Shown: positions 45,399 through 56,300 of the stretch, piece after piece
Numbering within the stretch: position 1 is the stretch's first letter
Layout of the letters: the number at the start of each line of letters is the position of its first letter
Virus record (IMG/VR): IMGVR_UViG_3300043313_001352
Span: 32,001-96,000 of that record
From: a virus
DNA length: 64,000 nucleotides
Reading direction: 5' to 3' (one strand)
Program-made: the position numbers and the translations under genes
The notes under the pieces: generated by a model
What the model saw: the letters and a program-made list of their open reading frames with translations, nothing else
Told to the model about the DNA's origin: nothing
Databases searched by the model: none

Positions 45399-47728
45399 GC
45401 TGCTCCCATCCTTGCGGCACCGGGCAGGTAGATCACGATCACCCGGTCCCGGTAGACAGTGGCGTTAGGGCCTCCGTGGCCGTACTCGGTGCGGATCATG
45501 TACTTGGTCCCTGCGGTCACCGCCACGATCGAGAACGTGGTGTAGGGGGTCCGGCTGGGCACGGTGTCGGAGGAAGAGATCGCCACGTCTCCAGCGAACC
45601 CGACGTAGCTGCCACCCAACCCGTCGCTGTTCACATCGCTGTAGGCCCCGCACCGCATCAACAGGTAGTCGTCATAGTCCGCACGCCCCGCCCCGGTGGA
45701 GATGGCGATCATCACGCCGTCGGCCGGTGGTGTGGTCACCACCCGGTAGGCGTTCGGCACAGCGGCGTACCCCGAGGCCAGCAGCGGCACGTTGTTCGCG
45801 GTCACACCCATGTAGCCGCCGGTCATCACCGTGATCTTGGACTGCACCGTGGTGGCGTCCAGCCACTGGCTGAACATCGGCCAGGCAGCGAACGGGAAGC
45901 CCAGGTCCGCAGGCTGAGGTGTGGCACCAGGATCACCGGACCACAAGAACCGCGGCGAGACCACGGTCTCATCCGGCAGCAGTCCCAGCGCCCGGTCCAC
46001 GTAGCTGCGCGGTGTCACGTCACCGGCCTGCTCAGGCGGGTCGACCACCGGCCCGATCCGCATCGGCACCACCGGATCGGTGTCGGGCGGACTGATGTCC
46101 GAGGTGGTGATGTCGGGTGCCGTGATCGTGCCCTCGGACGTCACCCATCCAGGCTCCAGTCCATCGGCCATCCGCAGCTCACGTGGTGAGCGGATCACCT
46201 CGTGGGTATCGACCAGCACTTGTCCGGCCGTGCAGGTGATGAACGGACGGAAGAACACCGAGCCGGGCAGCGGGGTGACCGCTGCCTCCACCGCAGCAGT
46301 GGCGCCAGGAGCAGGTTCCTCTCCATCACCGACCGCGAGGTACCCGGCCACGTTCTCCCAGGACGGTTCGACGGTGTAGTAGCTCGACGTGGACATGCGC
46401 GGCTCGCCGTCCCACACGAAGGTCTCGTCCTCCAGCGAGACGGTGTCGCCGTCGAAGTAGGTGCGCCCGTTCGGCAGTGGGTTCTGGCCGAGCCGGAGCA
46501 GCACGTTGTCGAGGTAGGCCACCTTGCCTGCGGCGGGCGCCGCGCAGTCGAGGCCGACGAAGTAGTGGTGGCTTTGACCATCGTTCGGGACGGTCATCTT
46601 CACCTCGCTGTGGACCCACTGGTTCTTGGCGGTGATCGTGGGGCTCTCACCGGCGAAGACGTAGTGCAGCTTGACGTCCGGGTTCCCGGCAGGGACGTAG
46701 ATCTCGGCCGACAGCGTCAACAGCGAGCCCGGTGGGATCGCCTGGGTGTCGATCACGCAGTTGCTGTGCGTGGTCCCTGAGCCCAGGTTGGGCCAGGTCA
46801 CCTTCACCGCCTGGCTCCCGGAGTAGTACCGCTCGGTGGCGTACTCCACCGTGCCGACCGCGCCGGATCCGAAGGTGGGGTTGGAGTGCCACTCGGGTCC
46901 TTCGCCCGCGGTGGGGGAGGCGTCCTCAGCGCCGGGCTTGGTGACCAGGTTCTGGGCGACCAGGATCCCGGTCTCCTTGGTCGGAACGATCGCCACCTGG
47001 TTGCTGCACATCACCGGCCCGAGCAGTTCGTGGTCGGCGTCGTAGCACAGCCAGCCCATCGACAGCGCGGCCGAGCTACCCAGCGCGGAGACTCGTGCGT
47101 TGCTGCGGTAGAGGTTGACCTCCGAGATCGGGATCGGGTCGCCGTCCCAGTAGACCGAGCCACCGGTGCCGATCTGCCAGCCACCACCGACGGTCTGGCC
47201 GGGCAGCTCGGCGATGAAGGTGGACGGAGCATCCAGCTGCTCCCACAGTTCGCGGCTGTACTGCCACCACGAGGTGAGCGCGACGTCGGCGCCGCCCGAG
47301 CTGGGTGTCCCGTGGATGTGATCGGAGCGGGCCAGCGTGGCTGCGGTCCCGTCGGCTGCAGCAGCACCAGCGACCACCGACTCTGCGACCGGTCCGAACT
47401 TCGCATCCAGGCTCACTGCACTGGTGTCGTGGGACCCGTCGTCGGTCACCGTGGCGCCCACCGATGCGGTGGAGCGGAAGTCGAGCGTGCTGCGCTGAGC
47501 ACGGGCAACCCCGTCGTCGGTCACCGTGTCGTAGTAGGACCGACTGCTGATCCAGGCGGTCCCGTCCCAGTACTTCAGCACCTGAGGTGTGCTGGAGGTG
47601 TCGAACCAGAGCTGGCCCTTGGCCGGGTTGGCCGGTGCCGTGCCTCGGTTCTCGGCCCGTGCGCTGATCAGCTGGTTGTGCCGCAGGTCGATGTCGGTGG
47701 CGAACCATTCTGCAGCGGGCGTCGTCAT
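45395..47728 (-). CDS. minor tail / fibre protein with CBM-like domain
   Basis: AP-x-NP..GQLWFDT, ARSDH-x-H, YFDGDT motifs. Confidence 0.75.
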   Translation of the reverse strand: MTTPAAEWFATDIDLRHNQLISARAENRGTAPANPAKGQLWFDTSSTPQVLKYWDGTAWISSRSYYDTVTDDGVARAQRSTLDFRSTASVGATVTDDGSHDTSAVSLDAKFGPVAESVVAGAAAADGTAATLARSDHIHGTPSSGGADVALTSWWQYSRELWEQLDAPSTFIAELPGQTVGGGWQIGTGGSVYWDGDPIPISEVNLYRSNARVSALGSSAALSMGWLCYDADHELLGPVMCSNQVAIVPTKETGILVAQNLVTKPGAEDASPTAGEGPEWHSNPTFGSGAVGTVEYATERYYSGSQAVKVTWPNLGSGTTHSNCVIDTQAIPPGSLLTLSAEIYVPAGNPDVKLHYVFAGESPTITAKNQWVHSEVKMTVPNDGQSHHYFVGLDCAAPAAGKVAYLDNVLLRLGQNPLPNGRTYFDGDTVSLEDETFVWDGEPRMSTSSYYTVEPSWENVAGYLAVGDGEEPAPGATAAVEAAVTPLPGSVFFRPFITCTAGQVLVDTHEVIRSPRELRMADGLEPGWVTSEGTITAPDITTSDISPPDTDPVVPMRIGPVVDPPEQAGDVTPRSYVDRALGLLPDETVVSPRFLWSGDPGATPQPADLGFPFAAWPMFSQWLDATTVQSKITVMTGGYMGVTANNVPLLASGYAAVPNAYRVVTTPPADGVMIAISTGAGRADYDDYLLMRCGAYSDVNSDGLGGSYVGFAGDVAISSSDTVPSRTPYTTFSIVAVTAGTKYMIRTEYGHGGPNATVYRDRVIVIYLPGAARMGAA

Positions 47729-47925
47729 GCAACCACCCGCTGCAGCCGATCACAGATGCAAACCTCGTCGTCACAGAAGCCGTACTGCGGGGCCATCGTC
47801 GTCACCCGGTGCTCGCGCACCAGCTGACGTCCGTGGTGGGTGTGCCCACACTTGCAGGGGTAGCCCGGTGTCACTGCGATCCAGTGCTCCTGGACCGTCC
47901 GGACGATGTCGTTGACGTTGCTCAT
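47725..47925 (-). CDS. small Cys/His protein
   Basis: CKCGH..H...C....C-x-C; ATGA coupling. Confidence 0.55.
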   Translation of the reverse strand: MSNVNDIVRTVQEHWIAVTPGYPCKCGHTHHGRQLVREHRVTTMAPQYGFCDDEVCICDRLQRVVA

Positions 47926-48034
47926 CGCTGCTCACGCTTCTCCCTGGTCTTGTCCGCTGCTCGGATGGTTGCCCAGACCACGCCGATGACGATCACGATG
48001 ATCACCAGCAGCAGTGCACCGAGCACCCAGTTGG

Positions 48035-48529
48035 TCATGACAGGTAGGCCGTTCCGGCAATCGGCTCGGAGAAGTCGATCGTCAGGTTGTCGTTGTTGGT
48101 GTAGGTGACCGCGCCGCGCACGGTGTTACCGGCGGTGTTGACCACGCGCACCTGCGGCTTGTAGTGCATCAGGTGCACGATCGACCAGTGCGTCGCCGCG
48201 GTGGTCTGCGTGTGTTCATAGCGCGAGGGCGCCCCGGCCTCACCGTAGATCGGCACCCAGCTGGAGCCGTCGGAGACGAACGTCGGCTGTGGCACCAGCA
48301 CCGGCGGGCTCTTGATCCAGACGTCACCAGCCACCACGCCGGTGGTGGGCATACCCGCCTGGATGAACACATGCGTCGAGCGTCCTGGTGGTCCTGTGGG
48401 GCCGACCGGGCCGACCCCTTCAGCGATCACCAGCATCTCGAAGTCGGTGGTGGCCAGCTGCACGTCGAGTGCGTCGACGCGCGGCTGCACCTCGACGTTC
48501 TGCTCGCCAGCACCACCGATGTCGACCAC
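48035..48529 (-). CDS. virion-associated protein with short collagen motif
   Basis: GPVGPTGPPG; Y-x-H-x-Q..AA..W-x-I-x-H...F..P..G-x-AYL domain. Confidence 0.7.
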   Translation of the reverse strand: MVDIGGAGEQNVEVQPRVDALDVQLATTDFEMLVIAEGVGPVGPTGPPGRSTHVFIQAGMPTTGVVAGDVWIKSPPVLVPQPTFVSDGSSWVPIYGEAGAPSRYEHTQTTAATHWSIVHLMHYKPQVRVVNTAGNTVRGAVTYTNNDNLTIDFSEPIAGTAYLS

Positions 48530-48543
48530 TGCTCAGTCCTTCC

Positions 48544-48810
48544 TCACGCCTCGGGCGGGTTCACGCCTGAGGCTGGTCCGGCAACGACGTTGCCGTCTTG
48601 GATCTTGGAGACCACCGTGTTCCACGGTGTCACCTGGGACTCGACCCAGAACGCCGCAGCAGCCGTGATCGCACCGATGATCAGCGAGATGATCGCGACC
48701 ACGTCCTTGTCCAGGCCGTCGATCAGTCCGAGCCCACCGTTGATCACCCCGAGCGCGGCCAGGATCGAGTAGACGATCACCACCGGGCGGTTGGTCGTGG
48801 CGTTGTTCAT
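48544..48810 (-). CDS. putative holin
   Basis: Two TM helices then SQVTP; adjacent to the putative lysin. Confidence 0.7.
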   Translation of the reverse strand: MNNATTNRPVVIVYSILAALGVINGGLGLIDGLDKDVVAIISLIIGAITAAAAFWVESQVTPWNTVVSKIQDGNVVAGPASGVNPPEA

Positions 48811-48829
48811 CGTGTGCTCCCTGTTGTCT

Positions 48830-49237
48830 TCATGCCGCGGCCTTCTTGGTCGGCGGCTTGCGGTGCGGGATGGTGACCTCGTTGATGTCCCAGGCCCAGC
48901 CCGCGTACTTCAGCTTCGGCCAGTGCCGTGCAAACCAGCCGATCGGCCGGGTCGCCACCCGCCCCCAACCTGCTGCGTCGGTGGAGCGCACCCGTCCTGC
49001 GCCCATCGAGATGGCGATGTGCCCGAAGCCGCGCGAGCCACCGGTCCAGTAGACCGCCGCGCCGCGCGGTGGCCGCTTGTCCCGGTGCTTGTCGTTGGTG
49101 TTGCGCCAGGCGGTGGCAGCGTCGGGGTAGCGCGCCGGGATCCCGGCCCACTGCCGGGACTGCTGCAGGCACATCCCCGGCGCGTTGCGGGTGGACGCGT
49201 TCGCGTTGCGGGCGGTCTTGGCCGCGTTGTTGGCCAT
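48830..49237 (-). CDS. putative endolysin, CHAP/NlpC-like cysteine peptidase domain
   Basis: GMCL...A..AW...PP-x-GA-x-VYW-x-GG...GHIAIS. Confidence 0.65.
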   Translation of the reverse strand: MANNAAKTARNANASTRNAPGMCLQQSRQWAGIPARYPDAATAWRNTNDKHRDKRPPRGAAVYWTGGSRGFGHIAISMGAGRVRSTDAAGWGRVATRPIGWFARHWPKLKYAGWAWDINEVTIPHRKPPTKKAAA

Positions 49238-49373
49238 CCTCAGCGCCTCTTCTCGTCGTCGTCCTCGGTGGCCGGGTCGTGGGGCTCGGTGGCCTCGCGG
49301 TCCTGCCGGTCCGGCTCGGGTGGTTCGTCGACCGGCTCTTCCTTCTGCCAGGGCGTGGGCATGGGTGGTCCTC

Positions 49374-49913
49374 TCAGTTGTCCGCGGGGTAGCTGATGTT
49401 GGCGATCGAGCACCAGGTCGCGCCGGTCATCGCGACGTTGACCAGCACGTCGCCGTTGGTCATCAGGTTGATCCGGCTCGCTGGGTCAGCCGACGTGGGC
49501 ACGCTGATCACCTGGTTGCCGCCGGGTCGGTAGCCCGTGGGCAGGGTGAAGAGGGTGCTGCCCACCGTGGTGGCGCCGGGCTTGAGCATGCCGCGGAGGT
49601 AGACGACGCTGCCGATCTTGCGGTAACCCGCAGGCTCCCAGGTCGGGGCGTTGTAGTTGGCCCAGCTGCTGAGCAGGATCGGAGTGGTCCATCCGGTGTC
49701 GGCGATCGCCCCCATCGGGCCACTCGGCCCTTCCGGACCTGGCAGGCCGGGAGGACCGATCGGACCGTCGCCGCCCAGGAGCATGTTCAGCGACTCTTGA
49801 GCAGCCAGGGACAGATCCAGGGTGGGCGGCACCGTCGGGACCAGGTCGATCTCGACGGTGACGTCGTTGGGCGGGATGACGACGTCGACATCCCATCCTG
49901 GAGGCTCTGGCAT
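49374..49913 (-). CDS. tail-fibre-type protein
   Basis: Collagen triplets then DTGW...YRKIG..VYLRG...FTLP-x-GYRP. Confidence 0.75.
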   Translation of the reverse strand: MPEPPGWDVDVVIPPNDVTVEIDLVPTVPPTLDLSLAAQESLNMLLGGDGPIGPPGLPGPEGPSGPMGAIADTGWTTPILLSSWANYNAPTWEPAGYRKIGSVVYLRGMLKPGATTVGSTLFTLPTGYRPGGNQVISVPTSADPASRINLMTNGDVLVNVAMTGATWCSIANISYPADN

Positions 49914-49916
49914 CGC

Positions 49917-50204
49917 TCATGCTCCTGCCGGGGGGTCCGGGATGTTCAGGGCCTGCACGGCGGTGAGGATCTTGGTGTCGTTGATCACGTCGTCGCGAGC
50001 CCCGAGGTCCGGGTTCTTGTTGATCGTCAGGGTGTCCTTGGCGTAGGCCCAGTCATCGGACCAGCCCGGCTGAGATGCGAACTCCCACTTCCTGTTGAAC
50101 GCCCAGGTCTGCGGGTCGGGGATCCCTTCGCTTGCGGCACAGGCGGCGATCCTCATGGACAAGCTGCTGCTGTTCGCGATGTCAAGAACGGCTTGGTAGC
50201 TCAC
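49917..50204 (-). CDS. hypothetical tail-region protein
   Basis: RI-x-ACAA-x-EG...A..PGW...I-x-D..IL-x-AVQ motif. Confidence 0.7.
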   Translation of the reverse strand: MSYQAVLDIANSSSLSMRIAACAASEGIPDPQTWAFNRKWEFASQPGWSDDWAYAKDTLTINKNPDLGARDDVINDTKILTAVQALNIPDPPAGA

Positions 50205-50373
50205 TGGCTTCTCCTCGGATGGTGTGTTGAAGGTCTTCGATCTGGAGCTTGAGCGTGGTGATCTCCATCTTCAGATCACTGTTCTCAACGGTCAGGTGAG
50301 CTGCACGACGTTCGCCCCCAGCAGTGATCTCGGCGATCCGTTGGAGGTAGAAGCTCTCTAGTTCTTCGTTCAC
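50182..50373 (-). CDS. small coiled-coil protein
   Basis: Follows the giant fibre gene. Confidence 0.55.
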   Translation of the reverse strand: MNEELESFYLQRIAEITAGGERRAAHLTVENSDLKMEITTLKLQIEDLQHTIRGEASELPSRS

Positions 50374-50383
50374 ACGACGCTCG

Positions 50384-53300
50384 CTAGGTGTTGAGGAAGG
50401 AGGTCGTCAGGTAGATGACGTCACCGTTGGCCACGGTGCCGATCGTGACTCCACCGCCAGAAGAGATCTGACAGTTGACTACCGTGTTGGTGCCGTTGCG
50501 GGCGAGGAGGTTGACGGAGATTACTGGGCGTCCAGCAGTCAGCGGGATCGTCGCCATGGTCGTACCCGAGCCTGAGGCGCGCGAGAAGGTTCCTCGGAAG
50601 TAGACCTGCTCTCCGATGATCTTGTACGCAGGCACGATGTTTCCAGCACCCCACCCCGCTCCGTACGCGAAGGAGTTCCAGCCACCACCTTGCGCGGAGT
50701 CGGCAGGCATGGACTCATCAGTGGCCCACTCGATCCTTCCGGCGTCGATGTTGAAGTACGCGACCAGCACCCAGTTGTTCGGCACCGTGAAGTCGCTGAG
50801 GTAGTTCGTGTACCGGAAGTTTGCGGCCAGTGAGGTCGCAGCAGACCCGAAGGGGATCTCGTACCAGAGAACGTCCCATGAACTCATAGGGACGCCTGCC
50901 GAGGTGACCGTCTTTTGAGTGGCCCCGCCGAAGTTCGGGATCACCGTGCCAACAGGCGGCATGGTGATCTCGAAGTAGCCAGAAGGGGCAAGGTTGACGC
51001 TTCTACCGATACTCATCGGCATGAACCGCGCAGACCACGAGATGTTGTAGTTGATGTCAACGACCTTGACACCGCCACCAGAGAGTTGTGACTGGGCACG
51101 GATGGAGTAGTACAGCTGCTCAAACGCCTTGCCAGTGAAGGAAGTCGCGCCAGCGCCTCCGACGTCCAGGGTCTCGAAGTGAGCGACACCGTCACCAGTG
51201 AGCTTGATCTTGGGGAACCCGCCAGTGCCTGGTGCGTTGGACTCCCATGAGGCTGGAGACGCAGCGATGAAGCTGGTGAGCAGCGGCGGCGCATCGGTGT
51301 CACCTACGGCACCGACGAAGTTCGGGGTGCTGACGGTCGAGTACGTCGCTCCGACTCCAGACGGCAGGAACGCAGGCTGCTCAGGCTGCAGGATGAAGTC
51401 AGTCCGGATCGGCGTGATGTTGAGCGCCGCCCGAGTCAGGTAGAACCGGAACGAGTTCACATCGTTGACAGTCCGTGCCGTGCCCTTACCTGCAGCCGGG
51501 TCTGGCAGGTCCGGCACCGTGACGGTCAGCCGAGCCCGCTTCTTCATCGTGATCGAGGCGTACGCCGAGGCGTTCGACTCCTGGATGGCCCCTTGGGAGT
51601 CGTACCAGGTGAACGCTCCCCACCAGATCGAGGGATCCGTGGCTGCCCAGGTGATCCCGGTGTAGTTGTAGAACTGCGGGCCGTCAGTGGCCGGAGCGGC
51701 CGTGAACCTCGTGAACGCACCAGTCAGCACATCTCCACACGCGCTGACACTCCGGGTCGCTGGGACCGCTGGGAACTCCAGGTCGACCAGACGCGCGGGC
51801 GAGGCAGCGTCAGTGAAGACGTAGTTGTTCACCGTCCCGTGGATCACCCAGATGTCCCGGTCGGTCGTCTCGAAGCCCATCCGCTGCGAGGAGCCGTAGG
51901 TGACACCGCACAGATCCTCGTCCTGGGCGAAGAAGGATGAGTTGATGGTCTTCGTGGCGCTCGGGGTGATCGTGGTGTCGGTGAAGGCCAAGGTGGCGAG
52001 TTCAATGGTGCCACCGGGCCATGGTGCGAACATGTTCCGCTTGGCTTGCGCGACCATGTGTGCGCGGGTAGCACCGGTCGCTGAGAAGCACCGTCCCAGC
52101 CGCCATTGCCAGAACCAGGAGAAGGTACCGTCCTGACGCTCGGCCTTCTTGATCGGGGCGAGAGTGCCCGAGGTGTTCATCGCTGAGTCGTCCCAGCTGG
52201 TGATCATGTACTTCTCGTCGCGGGCTCCAACGTACCCAGCGGTGCGGAAAAATCCGTTGGTGACCTGTCGCTCAAGCCCACCAACAGCGATGACTGAGTT
52301 GCCATGGAAGGTGTAGTACGCAGCTGTCTCCCCGTTGCTGTTCGCGACGCGGGGGACCTGCCACCAGGTGGTCCCCTTCTTCATCGTCGCGTCGTCGAAG
52401 AATGTGTTCGCACAACGGAACGAGCCAGTGGACTCAGCACTGTCCAGGTGGAAGCCCCAGAACGGGTCACACCACTGTCCCCGTGCGAACGCGGACTGGG
52501 GGTAGTCCGTGCCCAGCGAGGGACCTGAGGTGGCACCCACGGTCTGGGTCTGCAGGATGGTCTTGGAGCCCATCGCGAAGGTCGACTGGCCGCGGACATC
52601 CATCCCCTGGCCGACCGTGAGCCCGCGTGCCATGATCTGCGCGTCGATCACCGAAGGCTTCTGTGGATCGTTGGGCAGGTCGACCCGGATCGAGACACCA
52701 TCGGAGCCGTACTGCCTCAAACCCTCGCTGGACAGCTCCATCCGCTGCCCGGACTCAGCCGTCTTGATCTTCCCGATGATGGCGAGGTCAGCGTCCAGCT
52801 TCGCGCCCTTGATCTGAATCGCGTCCACCAGGTTGGTGTAGATGTAGCCGTCGGAGATGTCGGCCTCGGTGATCTGACGCAGGGTGGCCGAGCCAGCAGT
52901 ACCGGGAGCAGCGGAGTTGAACCCGCCACCGATCTTGGCGTCCTTGGCGACGATCCGCACGTAGTAGGTGACCGAGCCGTCCTTGACCAGGAAGGTGCCG
53001 TCCGCCAGCTGCTCACGGATCGTGTAGGAGGTCGCCGTGGTCTCGATCTGCAACGTCGCTGCCGATGGCGTGAACGTGGCACCGGTGGTAGCGCAGTGCA
53101 CCTCGTAGGTCACCGTGTCGTGGTTGAGGATCGCAGGCCACTTGATCCCCAGCGAGGAGACCGAGCCCGTCACCGTAGCTGCGGGTGAGGACGCAGGCGC
53201 AAGAGCATCGGGCGTGGCGGCGTTGTACGCCGAGTCAGCCGTGGCCGGGACGTTCGAGCTGGCCACAGTGAGCAACAGGTCGAAGATGCCAGAAGCAGCC

Positions 53301-56300
53301 GGGATGTCTGTCTCAGGCACCAGCGTGGTGTTCCAGCCTGTCTGCCAGGTGTCAGGTGGCAGGGTGTGTGAGATCTCGGCATCCACTGCTGTGATCTTCG
53401 GGTACTGCCAGTAGTTGCTGGCTGCCTGCGAGGTCAGGATGATGACCAACGTCCCGGTGGAGATGCGTCGAGCTACCCGAACCCCAATCGGCAAGTTGCC
53501 GGTGTTCACTCCCGTCGCGTTCGCGACTGAGGGCGGTGGACCTGCGTAGGAGTAACCGGATGTCTCCAGGTTGAAGGTCCCCTGGGTGGAGGCGTAGTTG
53601 AACCCCGAGAGCTTGATCTTGTACATCCGGTTGGTGAACGTGATCGGGGTGTCGATCACGATGTTGCCCGTCAGGTTCCCAGCCGCGTTCGCGTAGCTGG
53701 TCACGTCTCGGAACAGCTTCCCGTTGGCCCCGATCAGCGAGATCTTGGGCAGCGCCTGAGAGGCAGCCGTGTAGGAGGAACTCTTGGAGACCCCGGTGTA
53801 GGTGAAGGTGAGGTTCGAGTAGGTGATCTTGTTGGTGGTGTACAGCTCGGTGTTGGTCAGGTAGCCAGGCTCGGTCGGGACCCAGGGAGCCACTGGAGTT
53901 GCCACCACCGGTACGGCAGGTGCTGCTGCTCCAACAGGAGTCACCGTGGCGTAGTACGGAGTGACCGCCGTGATGCTGACACCCTGGGCACCAGCACCAC
54001 CGGTCGAGCCCTGTGCTCCCGTGTAGGAGACAGACCAGGCGAAGGTCTTGGTGAAGCTGACACCTCCGACCGTGATCGGAACCGTCAGAGTGCCGCTCTG
54101 GGTCACCAGAGCCGTCGTGACCGTGGCTGTGAACTGCGCCGTCAGACCGGGGTTGTTCTGGTACGTGATCGTCATGCCGGTCGGCGCACCAGTGATCGTG
54201 CCGATCGTGGCGGACTGCTGGACGGCGCCCTTGTACGCCAGCACCTGACTGGTTGTGAACCCGGCCACTGCAGCAGAGACGGTGCCGGGGAACACCTGAG
54301 CTTCGTTGGTCAGGACGACCGTGACTGCGTCCGCGCCTACGAAGCCAGAAGAGCCGTCGGAGATCTTGGAGATCGTCATGGTGTCGGTGACACCCGACGC
54401 GCCCGTTGCCTTGATGGCCAGAGTCTTCGCAGTCATGATCGCGCCGGTGACGGTCACGACATTGCCCGCCACCGAAGCGTAGATCGGAGCAGCACCAAAG
54501 GTGCCGCCGTCTGCACTGAACGTCCACGTCGAAATCGTGGTGCCGGTGGGAGTTCCGGTGATCACTGCCGTTGCAGGAGTTGTCGTAGCAGGTGCGACTG
54601 TGAAGTTGTCCAGCCTGCCAGCGTTGACGCCGAAGTTGTAGAGACCGTGTCGGGTGCCTGTGTAGGTGGCATCGGTGGCGGTCACTACCGTCACGTCGTT
54701 GATCTTGCCTTGCAGTGTTGAGCCAGACGCGGTGATGGAGACCTTGTCGCCGAGCACGGCCAATGCCGTGGACTGGCCAATGGTCGTGTACGTCTCGGCA
54801 CCGTACGCCCCTGCTGACCGATAGATCTGCAAGGACCCGTTGTTGTTGATGACCAGCACGTAGCCGTTCAGGTTGGTCAAGTTGTGCCGGAACGCTATCC
54901 CTCCAGAGAGTAGGCCGGTGATGACAAAGGAGACGGTGACGTCCGCGGTGCCACACTCCACGTCCGCGTAGGACTGACCACCCGTAGCGCCAGCCGTCGC
55001 GATGTACGCCTTGCCGCCGCTGACACCCCACACCGAACTGTTGTCGTTGCGCCACGCCTGACCCGTCTCAGTGGTACCGAGCGAGGTGGTTGAGTCTCCA
55101 CGGTTGAACGAGTCGAGGATCGTGGGAGCAGGAGCAGACAGTGCCTGTGTGGTGGCGGTCAGGTCAACGATCGTGGCCGCCGCGCCAGTCGCTCCACCCG
55201 CACCTGTGAAACTCAGCGCCCACGTGAAGACCTGGTTGAACGTCATTCCGCCCACGGTCACTGGGATGGTGAACGTTCCAGTCGCTGTTGCCAGAGCAGT
55301 CGTCACCGTGAAGGTGATCAGAGGTGCTGTAGTCCCGTTGTTGGTCACCGCTGCTGTGATGCCGGTAGCGCCACCAGTGATCGTTCCGACCGTGGCTACC
55401 TGAGCCACCGTGCCCTTGTACGCGATGACCGTCGTGGTCGCTGTCGTAGCCAGCGCGTTGGTGAGACCAGCAGGGAAGCTCTGTGACTCGTTGGACAGCA
55501 ACACGGTATAGGCGTCTGCTCCTGCGGGACCTGATGGTCCCGTGCCTCCGGTGGCGCCAGTTGCACCGGTGAGCACCTTCGCCACCGTGAGCGAGTCCGC
55601 GACACCCGCGTTGTTGCCTGCCCGCACCGCGATCGTGCTGGCCGTCATCGTCGCCCCGGTGATGGTCACCACGTTCCCGGCGATCGACACGCCAGGTGGT
55701 GCTGTCCCGGACCAGGCACCGCTGTTGACGCTGTAGTCCCACACCGTGATCGTGGTGTTGACCGGGGTGCCCGTGATGGTTGCCGTGGCCGGGGCGGTAG
55801 CACCGGTCCCACTTGCAGGAGAGACCAGAACCTGAGCCGTCGAGGTCAGCGTGATCGTGGCAGCGTTAGATCCAGGAAGACCCTGTGGACCTTGGGTCTG
55901 GGTCCACTCGTACAGGTTCGCATCGGTACTCTCGACGGCGGTCGTCTGGTTGTACGCGAGGCCCATGTGAGTGCCCACAGCGCTGTCGGTGACGTTCTTG
56001 ACAGCGTGGTAGACCTCCTTGATGAAGACCTTGATTCCGACAGCCTTGTTGTACGACAGGAGAGCGAGACGGACAGCAGTGGGAGCGCCCGCTGGAACGG
56101 TTGCCACACCGCTGTAGTCCGCGTAACTCGTGGTGATTCCACTGGGCTGCAAGCTAGTGAAGCGAACGACTTCTGTAGTACCGGCAGCGTTCAGCAGGAT
56201 CGCGTAGATCCCCGACCCATCCCCTATGACGGTGCTTCTCATCCTGATGCGGAGGTAGATCACGTCGCCCGGAACCACGTCAAGCGTCTGCATGGCCGTG